Origin: Psammoneis japonica
Lineage: Eukaryota
Direction of reading: 5' to 3'
Length of the DNA stretch: 64,000 bases
NCBI GenBank assembly: GCA_008632985.1
Contig: QPGO01000017.1
Span: forward strand, 558,001-622,000
A program made the position numbers and the translations under genes. This document shows positions 26,600 to 40,600 of the stretch, piece after piece (the stretch's first letter is position 1; every line of letters starts with the position of its first letter). The notes below the pieces were generated by a model. It made no database searches and was not told where the DNA came from. It saw only the letters and a program-made list of their open reading frames with translations.

Positions 26600-28170
26600 A
26601 GGATCCGGACGACTGGGGACAATTTCGATAATCCGCACACAACTGTGTGTCGCGAATCGTCAGTGGTGATGTCATTAAAGTGCTGTAGTAGTGCATGGGA
26701 TACTGCAGTAGCATTTTTAAACGAGCGCGTCGATTCGGATGTAGGGCCCTACTTGTGAAATTGTAGAGCTGCAAATTGGCTGTAACAGCTCTTGCACGTC
26801 TCCAACCATGTTCAAAATACAACTCGCTCTTGGCTTGATGGAGTTCTGTTTCAGCACCGGCCACAAACTCCAACCTGTTTACCTTTACCGCACATACTTC
26901 AAGCTTTAAATTTCATGTTCGCCGTTGCAACCAAGTCGAGAGACAGTTCTACCGTGCGACAGACAACACAGAGCTCTCGTCGACTCTCGGAGGTTGGCAT
27001 GTCCAGGCGTCATGCATTCTCATCACGGCCAACAAATAATGCTTCAGCACGTTTCTCAAACAGACGTCCTGCCAAATTCTTGGTGAATAAATGTAGACCA
27101 CCCATTCATACTCCTCCTAGTCTCTGGATCTTTAGCATGCTCAGAGTCACTCTTGCCACTTGCCAGCCATCTCAAACAAATGATTCTTGCTGCCACCCCA
27201 CTTTGCAGTCAGCTTCAAACACAATCCTTGATTCGGAATCGGCACACAACATTTCATGGTGCACTTGAAAGCCTCAAAATCTGCCGATGCAGCTCCTCCT
27301 ATGAACCTTGACAATTCCCCAACTGAACTCAACAGCTCTGGGCATGTCCAGCATGTCATGTGCCGCAATTTTCCGACTTCAGAACGGCATTTCTTCTGTT
27401 CAGTCTTGCACAAAAGATTCCATGCTTTGCCACTCATGAGTGTAGATCCTCCTGCAGCTGGTGCAGTTGGCACCTTTCCTTCCAGCAACTCAAACTCATC
27501 TTCAAAACTCTGACTCACAGCTGGCTGAGTCAATTTTGCACTTCTGCTCTCTCGATCAATGTCAATCTTGTCAAACCCCAGACATTCTTTGAGGTCTCCA
27601 ATCTCATTGCAATTAAACAAAATTGTCATCTGCTTCTTGGCTTCTCAAACACAGTGCTTTGGTCCACAAATGAAGATGTTTTCAACCCTTGTCAACCACA
27701 TGACCAATCTGCCAACAAGCCACTTGAGTTGCAAACAGGGGTCATCAGCCTCGCTTCTCTCATGTTTCAGTTTTTTGAGAGCCTTGTTGATTTCCCGCCA
27801 GAGTGCAATGAATGTGTCATTTGCAATGATGACAATGTGACATCCCCTGAACAGAACCCTTCATGTCCTTGTGGCATTTCCATGTGCAGTTGTTTGCCCT
27901 CTGCAAATGGGCCCATGCATGATGCTCCTTGCATGTTCAACAACTGACTTGGCCCAGTGCAGTGCCCCAAGCAACGGCCCCAACAATGCAGTCCATGCAG
28001 CAATGTAATTTACAACTGGCACAGACATTTTAAATCCTTGCAGTGCTCTCCTTTCACTTGTTTGAATTCACAAGCATTCGTGTGAACCCCAAATTCTCCA
28101 CTCATGGCTTTCTGTTTTCCATCACCCAAGTCAAACTTGGAATTCTTGCATCCTCCAGGATGCCCTTGCA
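26600..28170 (-). mobile_element. Ty1/Copia remnant: RT-RNaseH 3' part and probable 3' LTR
   Basis: Decayed RT (QLLNMQGASCMGPFAEGKQLHMEMPQG; FDKIDIDRESRSAKLTQP) and pol C-terminus LFTKNLAGRLFEKRAEALFVG. Confidence 0.75.
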
Positions 28171-29539
28171 AGCACAGCAAACACTTGTGAGACACTCTTC
28201 TCTAACTGCAGAAACACTGGCTTGGAATCCCAAGGGTTTCTTCCTTGAGACCTTCTTGTCAAAAGCTGCAGGCAAGTGCTGTGTCACATTTTGTGGTGCA
28301 CCGTGTGTGTTGAAATGTCCCAAATTGACAATGCCGACATCTCACCCATGTGCAAGCCCTGCCAAAACTGCAGAAACACACCAAAGCATGAACGTTCAAT
28401 GGAGTGAATGGTGCCAGCAATGACACAACAGCGTCATGTCCTCAACAAACCACAGCATTGTTTGTGCCCAAAAAATGTCCGCAAAATAAAAGCCCTCTTC
28501 TGCCAGGTGATTTTTGGGCCTTGGCAGCAAAGCAACAACAAGTGCAACATGTCTGCAATGACAACAATGGGCAGCACTGACAAGAACAAGTTTCTAGATT
28601 GCAGCACTTTGTGAACAAGTGAACAAAAAAGTCACATTAATTTGTGCAGAAAAACTCCATGGGGCTGCATCTGCAGGTGTCTGACAAAAGATTGGAGCTT
28701 GTTGTGTGGTTGTTGCCACTGCAAAATTGGTGGGCAGTGGATGTGAACTTTGCTTTGCATTCCACAAAAGAGCGCTGTTCCAGTTCCAGCGCATGAGAGC
28801 AACAAACACACACACGCCTTTCCCTTGAATCATGTCAGAGAATTTGAATGGGTGCAAAGACATGGGCACCTTGTGATGGTGAAGTCAAGCACAAAATGGC
28901 TTTGGTGGAGTGTGAGGACAGTTTGAAGGACAATGTGCTCAGTGCAGCAGAGACAACAAGTTCTCACACCCACAAAAACAAAACAAGGTGAGGGAAATGT
29001 GACCTGGTTGGAAAATGGATTGATCCTGGGCTTTTTTGCTCTCCTGAGCTGCAAATGGGTCAAGTGTTGAGCTCATTGGACACCCACTGCAGTGAGACAA
29101 AAGGAGAGTGCCACAACCATCACTTCCAACCACACTGTGAAAAGACATTGCTTGCAGCTTGAAAGCAAAGCCATCTTTTGACATTGCATGATGGCAGGTG
29201 CAACTCAGGGGTGCTCTCAGCATCAGAGATCCCACACAGCAAGACCAGTGCTGCTGCAGCCATTGCTTTCTTCAAACACAGGGTGCTGCTTTGGCTTGTG
29301 GGTGGCAGGCTGCACTGTGCCATTGTGATTGCCCCAACATCTTGCCCTGCAAAGCACCCCAGCCACTGTCCACTGTGCTGGCTTTCAACACCCACAATTG
29401 TCGAAAGCAAGGAAAATAAAAAAAAGCAGAGCTCGTGGGCTGTCCACAATGTTTTTGCACCAAGGATGCCATTTTGTGCAAGGGCTGAAATCACTCTAAA
29501 TGGAAAAAATGCTCTTGGTTTGCAGGCCAGGCATCATGC

Positions 29540-31540
29540 AGATGATGCCCACCCTGCTGGAAGCAGACATGGGACAACAAGATTGTGCAAAGACAAGGAC
29601 AAAATTGACCAAGATGACTGAAAAGCTGCTTGAGCAAACAAGCTCTGTGCATTTGTTCCAGATGCCCTGCACTTGCCATTTTCCTTGGTTCATTGCTGCC
29701 CTTCCTGGTGCACAGACAAGGTCATTCCATGTCACCACTCTTGCCTTGTCATTTCCATGTTTCCATTCTTCCACACACCTGAAATGAGCAAAGGTTTGGT
29801 TCATTCTTGACTGCCAAGGGGCATCTTGAGCAAATGACACAGAACAATGTGCCGGTGACAACCGTTGAACAACATGGAGGTGGGTTGGTTGTGATGGGTG
29901 GGACTCTTGCCACATCGAGCACAGAAGACAAGATGACAAATGACAAAAGAAAGAAGAGGCAATGCAATGACAAAATGAATGACAGGGACAAAATTTTTTT
30001 GGAGAACTGCTGCAAGAACACCTTGTTCACACAACACCAGTTTCTGAATGAAAGGCCATCACCAACAGTGATGGCAGGGTTGCAAAGATTGTGCTGCACA
30101 AAATCAACATGCCTCAAAAAAAGAGAGCATGATTTTGGGAAATGTCGAAGGACAAGGCATGAAGGCAGATGACAAAAAAGAGGAACAATGCAAGTGGGGA
30201 ACTCAAGAAAGGATTCTTCCACAAGCACTGCATCAAAATGGAGTGTGCACAATGTGGGGCAATGGAAGATGGCTCACACACACTGCTTGGTGTTTTGCAA
30301 GTGAACAGGGCATGTGGATCATGAGAAGAGAAACACACAAGCAGATGACAATGCCAAGATGCCATCTCTGGACAAGATGCTAATAAAGGGGGAGAAAGCA
30401 TGAAGGCCCACAGCTGTTTCACCCTGCACTTCCTGCCAGCAGTTGTGGGAAAGATGATGTGGAAGAAGCACTGGCTCATGTCATGACATTGCTTGAACAA
30501 GTTGGCATCTGCGAGCAAAAAGTCATTTGGCCTGCTGGTTTTGGAGAACAGCTGGGGTGAGTGGACACACATCATGCATGGCAAAACAAAGGAAGAGTTG
30601 AGGGAGGAGGCAAAGAAGGAGGGGCTCATTCTGGAGGCAAAGCACAGCAATGGGGAGGGTGATCAAGCAAAAAGGAGTCAGGGTTGGAACAACGCAGGAC
30701 CAGAAAGGTGCAAAGAGTTGGGAAAAACAACTCACAAGCAGAGATTGAACAAGAACACAGATGAGTGCAACAAAGTTTGGTCAAGGCAGTTCTGGGAGTG
30801 CATGGATGGGACAGAAGAGACCCAAGACAATGATGGTGATCAGTTGCAAGCAGGAGACAATGAAGAGGAAGACATCAAGAGAACTTGGATTTGTGGCTCC
30901 CAGAGGTGCCACAACAGGCAGCTGTTTAAATCGACATTTGGCAACAATTTGGCAAAATGAAATCCAACAGAATCAACAGACCAGGCAAATTAAAAAGGAC
31001 AAGAACAAAACATGGATGCGGTGAGGGAGGGCACATGAGAAATGCAACAAGAGCACTAGAGTTGTTTGTGCTGTGGGACCAACATTGCAAACAAGGCACC
31101 CAAATTGTCAATGAAGCACATGGGTGTTGCTCCCTCTGTTAAATGTGGCAAAACCCCAAATGCAATGAGCCCAAAACCCACATTAAAAATGAAAGACAGA
31201 CCCAAATTGTTCAATTGCCCCCCAGGTGAATTGTTCTCCCCTCTCTGATGCCTTGCTGGCAGCAGACATGGGACAACAAGATTGCACAAAGACAAGGACA
31301 AAGTTGACCAAGATGACTGAAAAGCCACATGAACAAACAAGCTCTGTGCATTTGTTCCAGATGCCCATGCATGGGCCATTCTCCTTGGTTCATTGCTGCC
31401 CTTCCTGGTGCATGGACAAGGTCACTCCAGCATGTCACCACTTGCCTTGTCATTTCCATGTTTCCATTCTTCCACACACCTGAAATGAGCTGGGGTTTGG
31501 TTCATTCTTGATTGCCAAGGGTCATCTTGAGCAAATGCAA
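29540..31540. repeat. ~290 bp direct repeats (~29540-29835 and ~31245-31535) flanking a degenerate ORF
   Basis: gcagacatgggacaacaagattg...gctctgtgcatttgttccagatgccc...catttccatgtttccattcttccacacacctgaaatgagc occurs in both. Confidence 0.85.
29930..30900 (+). pseudogene. Degenerate TE-associated ORF, homologous to 61164-62395
   Basis: ASKKSFGLLVLENSWGEW...GWNNAGPERCKEL versus ASDEAPALLTLENCWKSW...SWKDAGIKRFNEL. Confidence 0.55.
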
Positions 31541-33014
31541 ACAGAGTCACATTGTTGTTGCAGCACCAGCTGTGCTGATGCCTGGCACACATTTTGTTCT
31601 GGAGAGTGCAAGAGTCCCAGGACAGGACCCCCACACTCTTTCTTGAACCTTGGTGCTTTAACAAAGACTGGCTGCCATGTCACTTCAAGTCATGTGGTTG
31701 AGCTGGGAGGGAGTTTGACAAATGAGAACAAGAAACAAGCGGCAGCAAACAAATCATCATTTGAATGATTTGTTCTGCCAATCTGGTGGAACACCCAACA
31801 CATTGCCAGGCTCCTTGTCTGCTTCAAAGACTTTCTCCCCCACCGGAGCAACTTCCTCCTCAGCAATGTGGTCATCATCAAAAACAGCAGAAGCAGGGCT
31901 TGAAAGGGCTCCTCAACTTCTTTCACTGGGACAATGATGGTTGCAACATTTGATGCCCTCAAACACACAGATTTTGGTTCCAATCAAGCCCAGCAGCAGT
32001 GCCACAGCCAACTGCTGATCATTTGGGATGGAAATGGCATGGGTGGAACATGGGTGCATCAAAAAATGCAGTTGGCAGCTGCATGGGACAGGGCTGGAAG
32101 AGTGTTGCCAATGTGAGCATGAGAGGCACTTGGCCTGGTCTCCATTTGACACAACCATGACCAGCTCATGCTTTGACAACAACAGCAAAGGGAGCCACAA
32201 ATTGCACACAGGAGTGCAGATGACAAAAATGCCCAGTGCATGGTTCATGCAACAACACAGGGGCAACTGCAGCAGTTCCACAAGCTCAGCCACAAAGAAG
32301 AGCAGCAAGGTCATTGACCTTCACACCATGGCGGCAGTGCAAAAAACAGGCAGCAACACCAATTGGCTTGATGGTGAGGGGGAAATGAAACACAAAAAAG
32401 CTGCAGCAAGCAAAATGAAAGCAGCAACTTTGCAGAGACCCCAACAACAAAAGATGCCAACTCCTTGATCATGCAAACAATCTTTTGCACACAGCAGCAG
32501 CCCACAAGAACACACACAAGTCCCAAAGGAAGGTGCCAACTCATCTGTGGCTCTGCTTGACATGAAATGTGCACAGCATGGGAAGTTCACAGTGTGGCCA
32601 GTGCAACAATGTGGCCATGGCAGAGGCAGTGTCATTGGCAAGCAAAGACAGATTGCATGCTTCAATTCAACAAAAGTTGGGTTTTCTTGGTTCATGAAGA
32701 TGGGGCAGAAATGCACTGGAGAAGCCTGCAGAAAACCCAACAACCCCCTCCTGCTCACAATCATCAATTTTTTGTGGGGCGTTGGTGGTGGATTCTTTGC
32801 ACAGGGTCACCCACAGGAGGCTCTGTGTGAAAGCAGCCAAAGACAAAGGTGCTTGTTGGATTTGTCCACAGCAAACTCTGAAATTGCCTTCAATGTTGGC
32901 TTGCTTTGAGTGGGCCCCATGAATTTTCCTGAAGGAGGGCTCACTGTGACATGACACACATTTTTGCAAAAAACATGGTGCACCTTTGAAGCTGTGCAAA
33001 AAAGATCCTCTCCC

Positions 33015-33159
<145 letters not shown>

Positions 33160-33169
33160 AGACCTGCCA

Positions 33170-33930
33170 TTGCACCGCCATCTTGTCTCACTGCTTCTGA
33201 AGCCTCCAAGGCTTTGGCTGCAATTTTTCTTGCTTTTTTGCAATCCTGAGTTCTTTGGGTGGGTGGCTCTCAGCTTTTTAGCACAGTGCTTTCTTGGCCC
33301 ACAAATGAAGCAACTGTCAACACTTGTCATCAACCACACGGCCAACCCATCAACAAACCACACTTGAGCTGCAAACAGGGATCAGCCTCACACACTCCTT
33401 TCAGGTTTCATTTTCTTGAAAGCCTTGTTTTGACCCCCACCAGAGTGTGGCAGCAGCTTGCCTCTGCCAACGGTCCATTCAAAAATGTGGCATGTTCAAC
33501 AACTTGGCCCAGTGCAGTGCCACAAGCATCAGCACCAGTGCCATCTGAGTGGTGATGTTGTCATTTGCAAGCAGAGCCAGCGAAGCAAGACCTTCGAGAT
33601 TCTTCTTTTTGGCACTTTTCTTCCACTTTTTGTTTGAACTCACAAGCACTTGTGCAAGCCCCAAATTCTTCATTTGCCTTTTTTGTTGCCCAGGTTGAAC
33701 TTGGAATTTGTGCATCCTCCGGGGTGTCCTTGCAACCACTCAGCTCCCAGACGTTGCGGGCAAGCCACAAACAGCTGTGTGTGGTGGTGGTGTGGTGGTG
33801 GTGTGGCCTTCTCCAACTGCTTCATCCCAGCACGGAGCATCAGATGTCTTCATGGCTTGACCATGCTTTGTCACTCTTCATTCTAACGTGTTCTTGAATC
33901 CAACGCCAGGCCCAGCTCCAACCAATGGGC
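33170..33930 (-). mobile_element. Ty1/Copia RT fragment, second copy
   Basis: Homologous to ~27600-28170 and ~44940-45680; DAQIPSSTWATKKANEEFGACTSACEFKQ resembles the Copia RT N-terminus. Confidence 0.75.
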
Positions 33931-34164
33931 AAGGGAAGTTTGACGCAAAAAGGGCAGGTGTCCTGCCAGGCAAAGCCTGTCATCGTGCGGCGCGCCAAAA
34001 ATTCTTGCTGCGGTTGACGGACGTGCGGCACCGCAGGCACCGCAAGCGCCAAAGCAACAGCAACAAGCAATGACAACAGCACAACAGCGGGTCTTCGTTG
34101 TTGCAACCTTGTGAAGTGCAGAGCTTGTCTTTGTTGTGTCTACTCCCAGTTGTGTGTGTGTGCG

Positions 34165-34850
34165 ATGCCTCCGACGAAGAAGCAGAACAGATCCCAAGCT
34201 TCCATTGACAAGCGGAACGCAACAAAGCGGGAGCAGCGAAGGTTGGCAAACGAAGAAAAGGAACGAAAGGCCCTCATCGCTGAAGCGCGCACGAAGAAGA
34301 ACACGGAACGCATGAAGAAGAAACGTGCAGAACAGAAAGCGAACGAGGGAAAGCACTCGAATGTCGGGGAGGTCCCAATGCCAGCTTCCGGTGCTGTCGC
34401 AGCACCGGCCGAAAACTTGTTTGCGGCCATTTTACCCACTCTACCGGTGAACCATCAAACTGCCATTGCTTTGTGGGATCAGCAAAACCAGCTTGACCGC
34501 GAAATTTACCAAGACGAGCTAGTCAGCATCAAGGACGTCGCGAAGGCAGTCGCGAAAGAAGCGTTTGCTCAGATGAGGCAGAGCAAGGCTGATCTCAAGT
34601 CGTCGACTGAAAATCGCACCAAGGAGATCATTGCGCTACTTACATCCTTGCAAGGAGAAGCGGAGACGGCGCCTCACCCAGCGGACGATACGGAGGAAGA
34701 GGAACAAGAGGAAGCGGAAACTCCGAAGAGTGAGCAAATGAAAAGGCATATCAAATACGTGGCATGCACTTTCTTTTCATCATGTAACTCACATATGCAC
34801 GTCGTGCCATTCCTAAATCACAGAATCTTTTCTCTCGCGCGCGGACGGTA
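34165..34850 (+). pseudogene. Unknown Lys/Arg-rich coiled-coil protein, copy 1, 3'-truncated
   Basis: MPPTKKQNRSQASIDKRNATKREQRR...; paralog at 45940; probable intron donor near 34729. Confidence 0.5.
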
Positions 34851-37361
34851 GCGAGGATTCGGTTGATGACCACGATTCTACCACGGACTCCGCTAGAGGG
34901 TGACGATTCTGCCAACAAGTCGAATCTGTAGTATTTGTTGTCATACGGAGCGGTGATTCATTTGCAGAGAAACATCTCGCTGCACTCATCGCAAGCAGCC
35001 CTGGTGCAGTATTTCAACTTGTCGATGGTCCTCGCACCGTCAACATGGTCGGTCCACAAATAGTGTAGGGTAGAAAACGTTGCTATTCTAGTAATCAGAT
35101 TGTATCGGGGAATAACTTTGTTGCTTATGTAGGACGCATTGTGATAGCACTGTGCCGGTACAGTAGTTTAATATGGAATAGTTCATTCCGCGGTTTTTGT
35201 TCGGGAACCCACGTGGCAATTGGCTTTGCGCTTCACAAACTGAAACACGTTGTGCTTCAATTACTGCACAGGCTTCGACATACGGGTAGATCATTCGCAA
35301 AACTACTGTACGTGTACCGTATTCCATACAACGAACTGAATTGATCTTACTCACTCGCTGCAGATAACGCCACACCGGCGTCCTTATCCCTGAGAACGCA
35401 AAGCGGCGTCGATAGAGCTCTGCTTTTTCTACTTACTCCCTGTGACAGAGAACATGTCATCGTGGTAGCGTTGAAATAATGCGCAACACTCCTCGAGAGC
35501 AAAACCCTTCCATTCTCGACTCTTGGCGACGTTTACCAATAATGTTGGCGTCAACAGCCACAATGTATTGACGTCAAAGTCTTTCGGGACGGAGTATGTA
35601 GACACGGTCAATGCTAAACATCCCTGCTTACAAATCGGGAGAAGGCGTACCGATTTGAATTATCATTTACCATCGCTCGGACCTAACGCATACTTTACCT
35701 CTACGTCCAAAAATCGAGGATAGCTACAACTTCCCGACTTTCCAGGACCTGAACAAACGCGTCGGAGCTCGTCTCTCATCCATAGTACTGACCAACGGAA
35801 CCGCACTGCCTTTCAACAAAAATGGGCCTTCTCTGCTTCAGAACATTCTCTTCTTCTCACCAGGTGGAAGAGTATCATTTCCCACCATACCATAGGGAAA
35901 CTGGACCACCAGAACCTTGTCAAAACAAGCTTGCTCCTCCTTTCAATCTACTCGGTGTGCTCGGACGTCGTTCTGGGACCTGGGTTCGTCATTTCCTCTT
36001 GCTTACTGATTCGACACACATTGCACAAAAGAGTGCAATGAGTTGACACAGAAGTCTCTCTTCACCATCTCAGTGTTCAACTCAACACAGAATACCCTGA
36101 ATCTGATGACGTCGAGAGGGTCGTTTAGGTCATGGTGCTGTACCGGGAAATCTAGCCCAATCAACGATCGCTATGGCCCTCTGGAGGCCTCCTCTGAATT
36201 GTGCCATCCGGCGCCCACGGTTGCAGCAGCGTGGTCAGGGGCACTTTTCGCAGCTGCCAGAAAGTTGAGGAGCATGGCAAGCATGGCTTCATGGAACACC
36301 CTTCTGTGGGTTCCGTGAAGGTCCTGTCCATGCAGGAACATGAAGACCAAGGGTCCTCATTGGCTGCAGAGGCACAGAGTGGTGCATCAGATGCTCTCAT
36401 TCAGATCAAGAGGATCAGGGGTGACCCAGCTGGTCCAAAAGGTCATGCCCAGGGTGGACAATTGTGCATTTAAATGTAGATGGGGCAGCTTGTCAACAAC
36501 ATTGGGAGATTGTGAAAGGTCTGCGTGATGCGTGTGTGCTCATTTTTGAAGTGTGGGGGTGGAGAAAAGTGCAGGAAGCACTCCATTTTGGATGGAGAGG
36601 TGGTGCTGATGGTGGAAAAAGATTTGGTGTTGCCAACAAGTGGGCAAAACATGGTCTCTGTCATTGAGTTCAGAGACTTGTGGCTCCCTCAGAGCAAGCC
36701 AGCAGCATTTTGTGGGGAAGTGCCAGTGTGGACCAACTGGCAGCAAACAATGATGCTGCAATGGCCAGAGCAAGGAAGGTGCACCCTGGTTGGTGAGTCA
36801 GCAACTTCTTGGAAGCCACTCAGGGGGGAAGGTCAATGCCATGGGATGGGCTGCTGGTGGGCACCAAACATGGCATCAGCTGGTCTGGGAAAACATGCCT
36901 GGTTGAGCACTTCCAGCCAAGTGTTGCACTGCTGGCAGCAACCAGTGGAAAATGTTCTGGGCAGGAGTTGAGAGATCTTTTTTTCCAACCAACCCACTGG
37001 CTTTGGAGCCATTTTAAGATGTGCTCCAGCTCTGGGTGAGACCCTGCGCTGCTGGACTTTGATGAACATTTTTTGATCATGCACTGCACACACATTTCTG
37101 TGCACATGCTTTTTCACATGCCGGGCAAATGGTGCCAACTTGAGCATTCATCGAGTTGTCTGATTGCAGATTGCATTCCATGCACTCTCTGGAGTGTTGG
37201 CATCATGCAATGTGTGCTGGTGCAATGCTGTGTCCATGGTGATGCAATGACAGGAAGACAGATGTTCATGCAAGTGCTTGCAGATTGTTGCCCTGGCAGT
37301 TAGCAGGTCATCAGTTGTGCATTGCATCACAGTTTTAGACAACAAGCCCATTCAAGAGCTC

Positions 37362-37661
37362 TGTCAGAATGCCTGACTGCACACTGCAAGAACAAACTGA
37401 CAATGTTTGCCAGCATGTTTGGACTGATGGAGAGTTTGGTTGTTGCAGCAAAGCAAATTCACAAATTGTGAGTGGAGGAGCAATCTCCATTTGCACTGAG
37501 CATTGAATGGATCCCCTTTCAACACTCCACAGAGGGATTCTCCTGAACATTTTGCAGTCACTTGAAATTGCAGTCAAGTCCGCAATGCCCTCATGACTGA
37601 ACATCTTCTGAACATCTTCTGCCAATGTTGTCAACTTGAGCATGATGTTGTTTGTTTGACA
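37362..37661 (-). repeat. 3' LTR of the Copia element
   Basis: TG...CA termini; homologous to 43334-43648; preceded by the polypurine tract. Confidence 0.85.
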
Positions 37662-40600
37662 CTCCCTCTTGTTCAGGACATTGGGCAGCTGCCCTTGAAA
37701 ATGAGCCAGCCAATCAGATGCCTGCAATCTGAACAGGTTTTTGAGCACTTGACACCCAGCAGACATTCAGCAAGTCCTGCAAGTGCCACCCACCCATTGC
37801 CAGAGGATGCAATGAGAGAAGAACATCTGCACCCACCAGTTTTGCAAAACAATCAACAAGCTGCTCTTTGTGGCCAGCACCAATGGGATGGATTGACATT
37901 TCTCTCCTGGATGCACAGTCCCTAAAAAGGCAGAGTTTTGCACTCAAATGTTTGGTTCTTGGATGGTGCTTGTGGGTCTTTGCAATTTCCAGAGCACTGC
38001 TGTTGTCCTCAAACATGTGACAATGAACCGTTGGCTTGCAGGCATGCACTGGGAAGCCATTGTGCTTCATTTCCTCAAGCAATTCTGCAAGTGAGAGGTG
38101 TTGCACTCCTCAATGCATTTGACAAGCCACTGTGCTCACTCTTGGTTGAACTCAAAATGCAACCTCTGTTTGAAGTTGAGATTTCCAAAGGATGAGACAT
38201 CTGGCACATGCACAATGATGTGTCCACATCTGGACCTGGCAGCATCACAACCAGCAGCTGCCTCTTGAGGATTCTAGTTGCTGCTTGAGTTGTCATCAAC
38301 ATGTGCTTCTAAGTCTGTGCCCTCTTGGGGTTCAAGCACAGTGCGTTTGTCTCTTGTGTCTTTGAGACAGCATTCTGGCCATTTGAGTGCTTGACCATTT
38401 TCATTTTGGGGTCTGCCATGAAACTTGAACATTGGTGGGGGGTGCCTGCAATGTCACTCCTTGTGGCCTTTTCCAGATGATTTAGTTTGCCATCAATGGA
38501 TCTGCTCAGTTGCTTTGTCTGTCAAACATTTTGGAGTTGGAGTGCCTGGATGGCAATTTTGATGATGAGGCTGGAGTGTCCTTGGACTTTGCACAGTCAC
38601 CATGAAGCTTCATGTCCTTTTGCATCTGGTCAATGAGGTGTGGTTGTGCAAGATGCAAGGTGCCATCACTTTTTCTTTTGATGTTGATGCCAAGGAAGTC
38701 TTGTGCATGTCCCTCTGCCATGATGTCCAGCTTGGTTGCCTTCAGTTCCTTGATGGATTGATTTTTTTGCCTTGACAAAGCACACACACTTGTTGACCTT
38801 GGACTGAGTGAAGCTGGGCTTCTTTGTTAACTTGTTGACCATGCATTTGTTCCATGCTCATCTGGCTTGTTTCTGCCCACACAGGCTCCCATGCAGGCAC
38901 AGTTCAAAGTCTTTTGAATCACCTTGATCAATTTCAAATCTCTTTTGGAATCTGCTTGTAAATTTTGTGCTCTGTTGGAGCCTGTGGGAAGCCCCCACAC
39001 ATGATCCAGCAGCTGCTTGGCATGCCAATTGTGCACTGCTGCCAAGGCATGTGGCACATGCATTGAGTTCTGGGGTGCAAGCGGGGCATGTGTTTTGCTG
39101 CAGTCAATCCCTCTGAGATGGGCAATTTGTAACATGGTGTGGAGAGATTGCTGCCAGTTAAAAATCTGTCCCTCAACATCCCCTTTGGTGCAAGCACCAA
39201 GCTCAGCTGTCAGAACTTGTGCCAACTGCTCAACTGATTGGCTCTGTTGCCCTGATCTTGTGTCACCTCTGTTGCCCTGGGCACACTGGGCAGATCAAAC
39301 TTGCAGGTGCTTCTGGAGATTTTGCCTGTTGATTTGGCTGCACCAGCAGCAAACCAACTGCTGCAGCATCACCACCATGCTCATCAGCTTTGGGTGGCCC
39401 CAGTGTTTTGTTGAAATTTTTAACATGGCTTGCATTGGACCTCTCCTCTTCTTTGATGCTCCCTCCAAGGGAGGCATTGCTCCCTCTTGCTGAGGAATGC
39501 TCTGCTTGTTGAAAGCTTCAGGTGTGAGTGGCATCTTGTTCTTGCCTTGGGTTGGCTCATTTGCCTCCCTTTGACTTGTGAATCTCCTGGCTTTTGTTTG
39601 CCAAATTGAACCAAATTTGTCCTTTTGATTAATTGGAAGCTGGGGTCATGCTGCACATGGAGCTGGGGACTTGTGTGTGCTGTTGCTCTTTTTGGAACTA
39701 AGGAGATAATTTTGCCACACATCAGGCTTGTCCCCAAGCATGTTCCAACCCTTGAGCATTGCTTCCTTTTTGTGACATTGACAGTCTTGGTTTGGAGCTG
39801 GTGGCTGGTCATCCAGTGCATGCACTGGGCATCCAAATGGGATCCAGTTCATGAGATTGCTTGAGATGTCTGTTTGCATGTGTGGTTGAGTCAGAGTGTG
39901 GTGCTCAGGATTTTGGAAGCTGGGCATTTCATTGACTGCATTGTTTGCTGTTTAGATGGCACTTGGCAGCAACACTCAAGGGCCATTGTTGGTTGGCATG
40001 CATGAGCATGCCATGGGCATGTTCCTGCAGCTCATGGATGCAGCATTCAGCAACAGCATTCATGTGGTGTGTGTTGATGCCTGCAAATGTTGGGCCTTGT
40101 CCTTGGTCCTGACATGCTTGAACCCATTGCTTTGCCTTTAATGTCCCATCATCTGCATGGCAAGCAAGGATTTTGTCTCTGCAACTTCTCACCATCAACT
40201 CAAAAGATTTCTTGCCTTCTGATGTCTTCTCCATGCTCATTGCTGTCTTTTGCAAATGCACATGGCAGAAGTGGGAGCATTGGTCAACACATGCTGTCAC
40301 ATGCTTGCATCTCAGCTTGGTTGTGAGAAACCCTGCCATTTGGGCAAACGATCCCAGTCTGAGTGAGGCCATTGTTTGGTCCATGGACACCACTTGTCTG
40401 GGCAAAGTGTTGACTTTTGTGGATTGCAAGCCTTTTTGTTGCAGTCTTGCCACTTGCACTCAGTTGCTTTTGGAAAAACATGCACAAGGAGCATGCAGAT
40501 GTGTTGCATTTTGCCAAATGTTCTTTTGGGGCAATTCCCTGTGCTGTCATTGCTTGCAGATTCTGGAATGAGGCATGTGTCCACATTTTTTGGTGTCTCA

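Noticed and set aside
36230..37350. Possible LINE-like fragment
   Set aside because: Too degenerate for any motif to be identified with confidence; it only shares the TpA/CpG-depleted signature.
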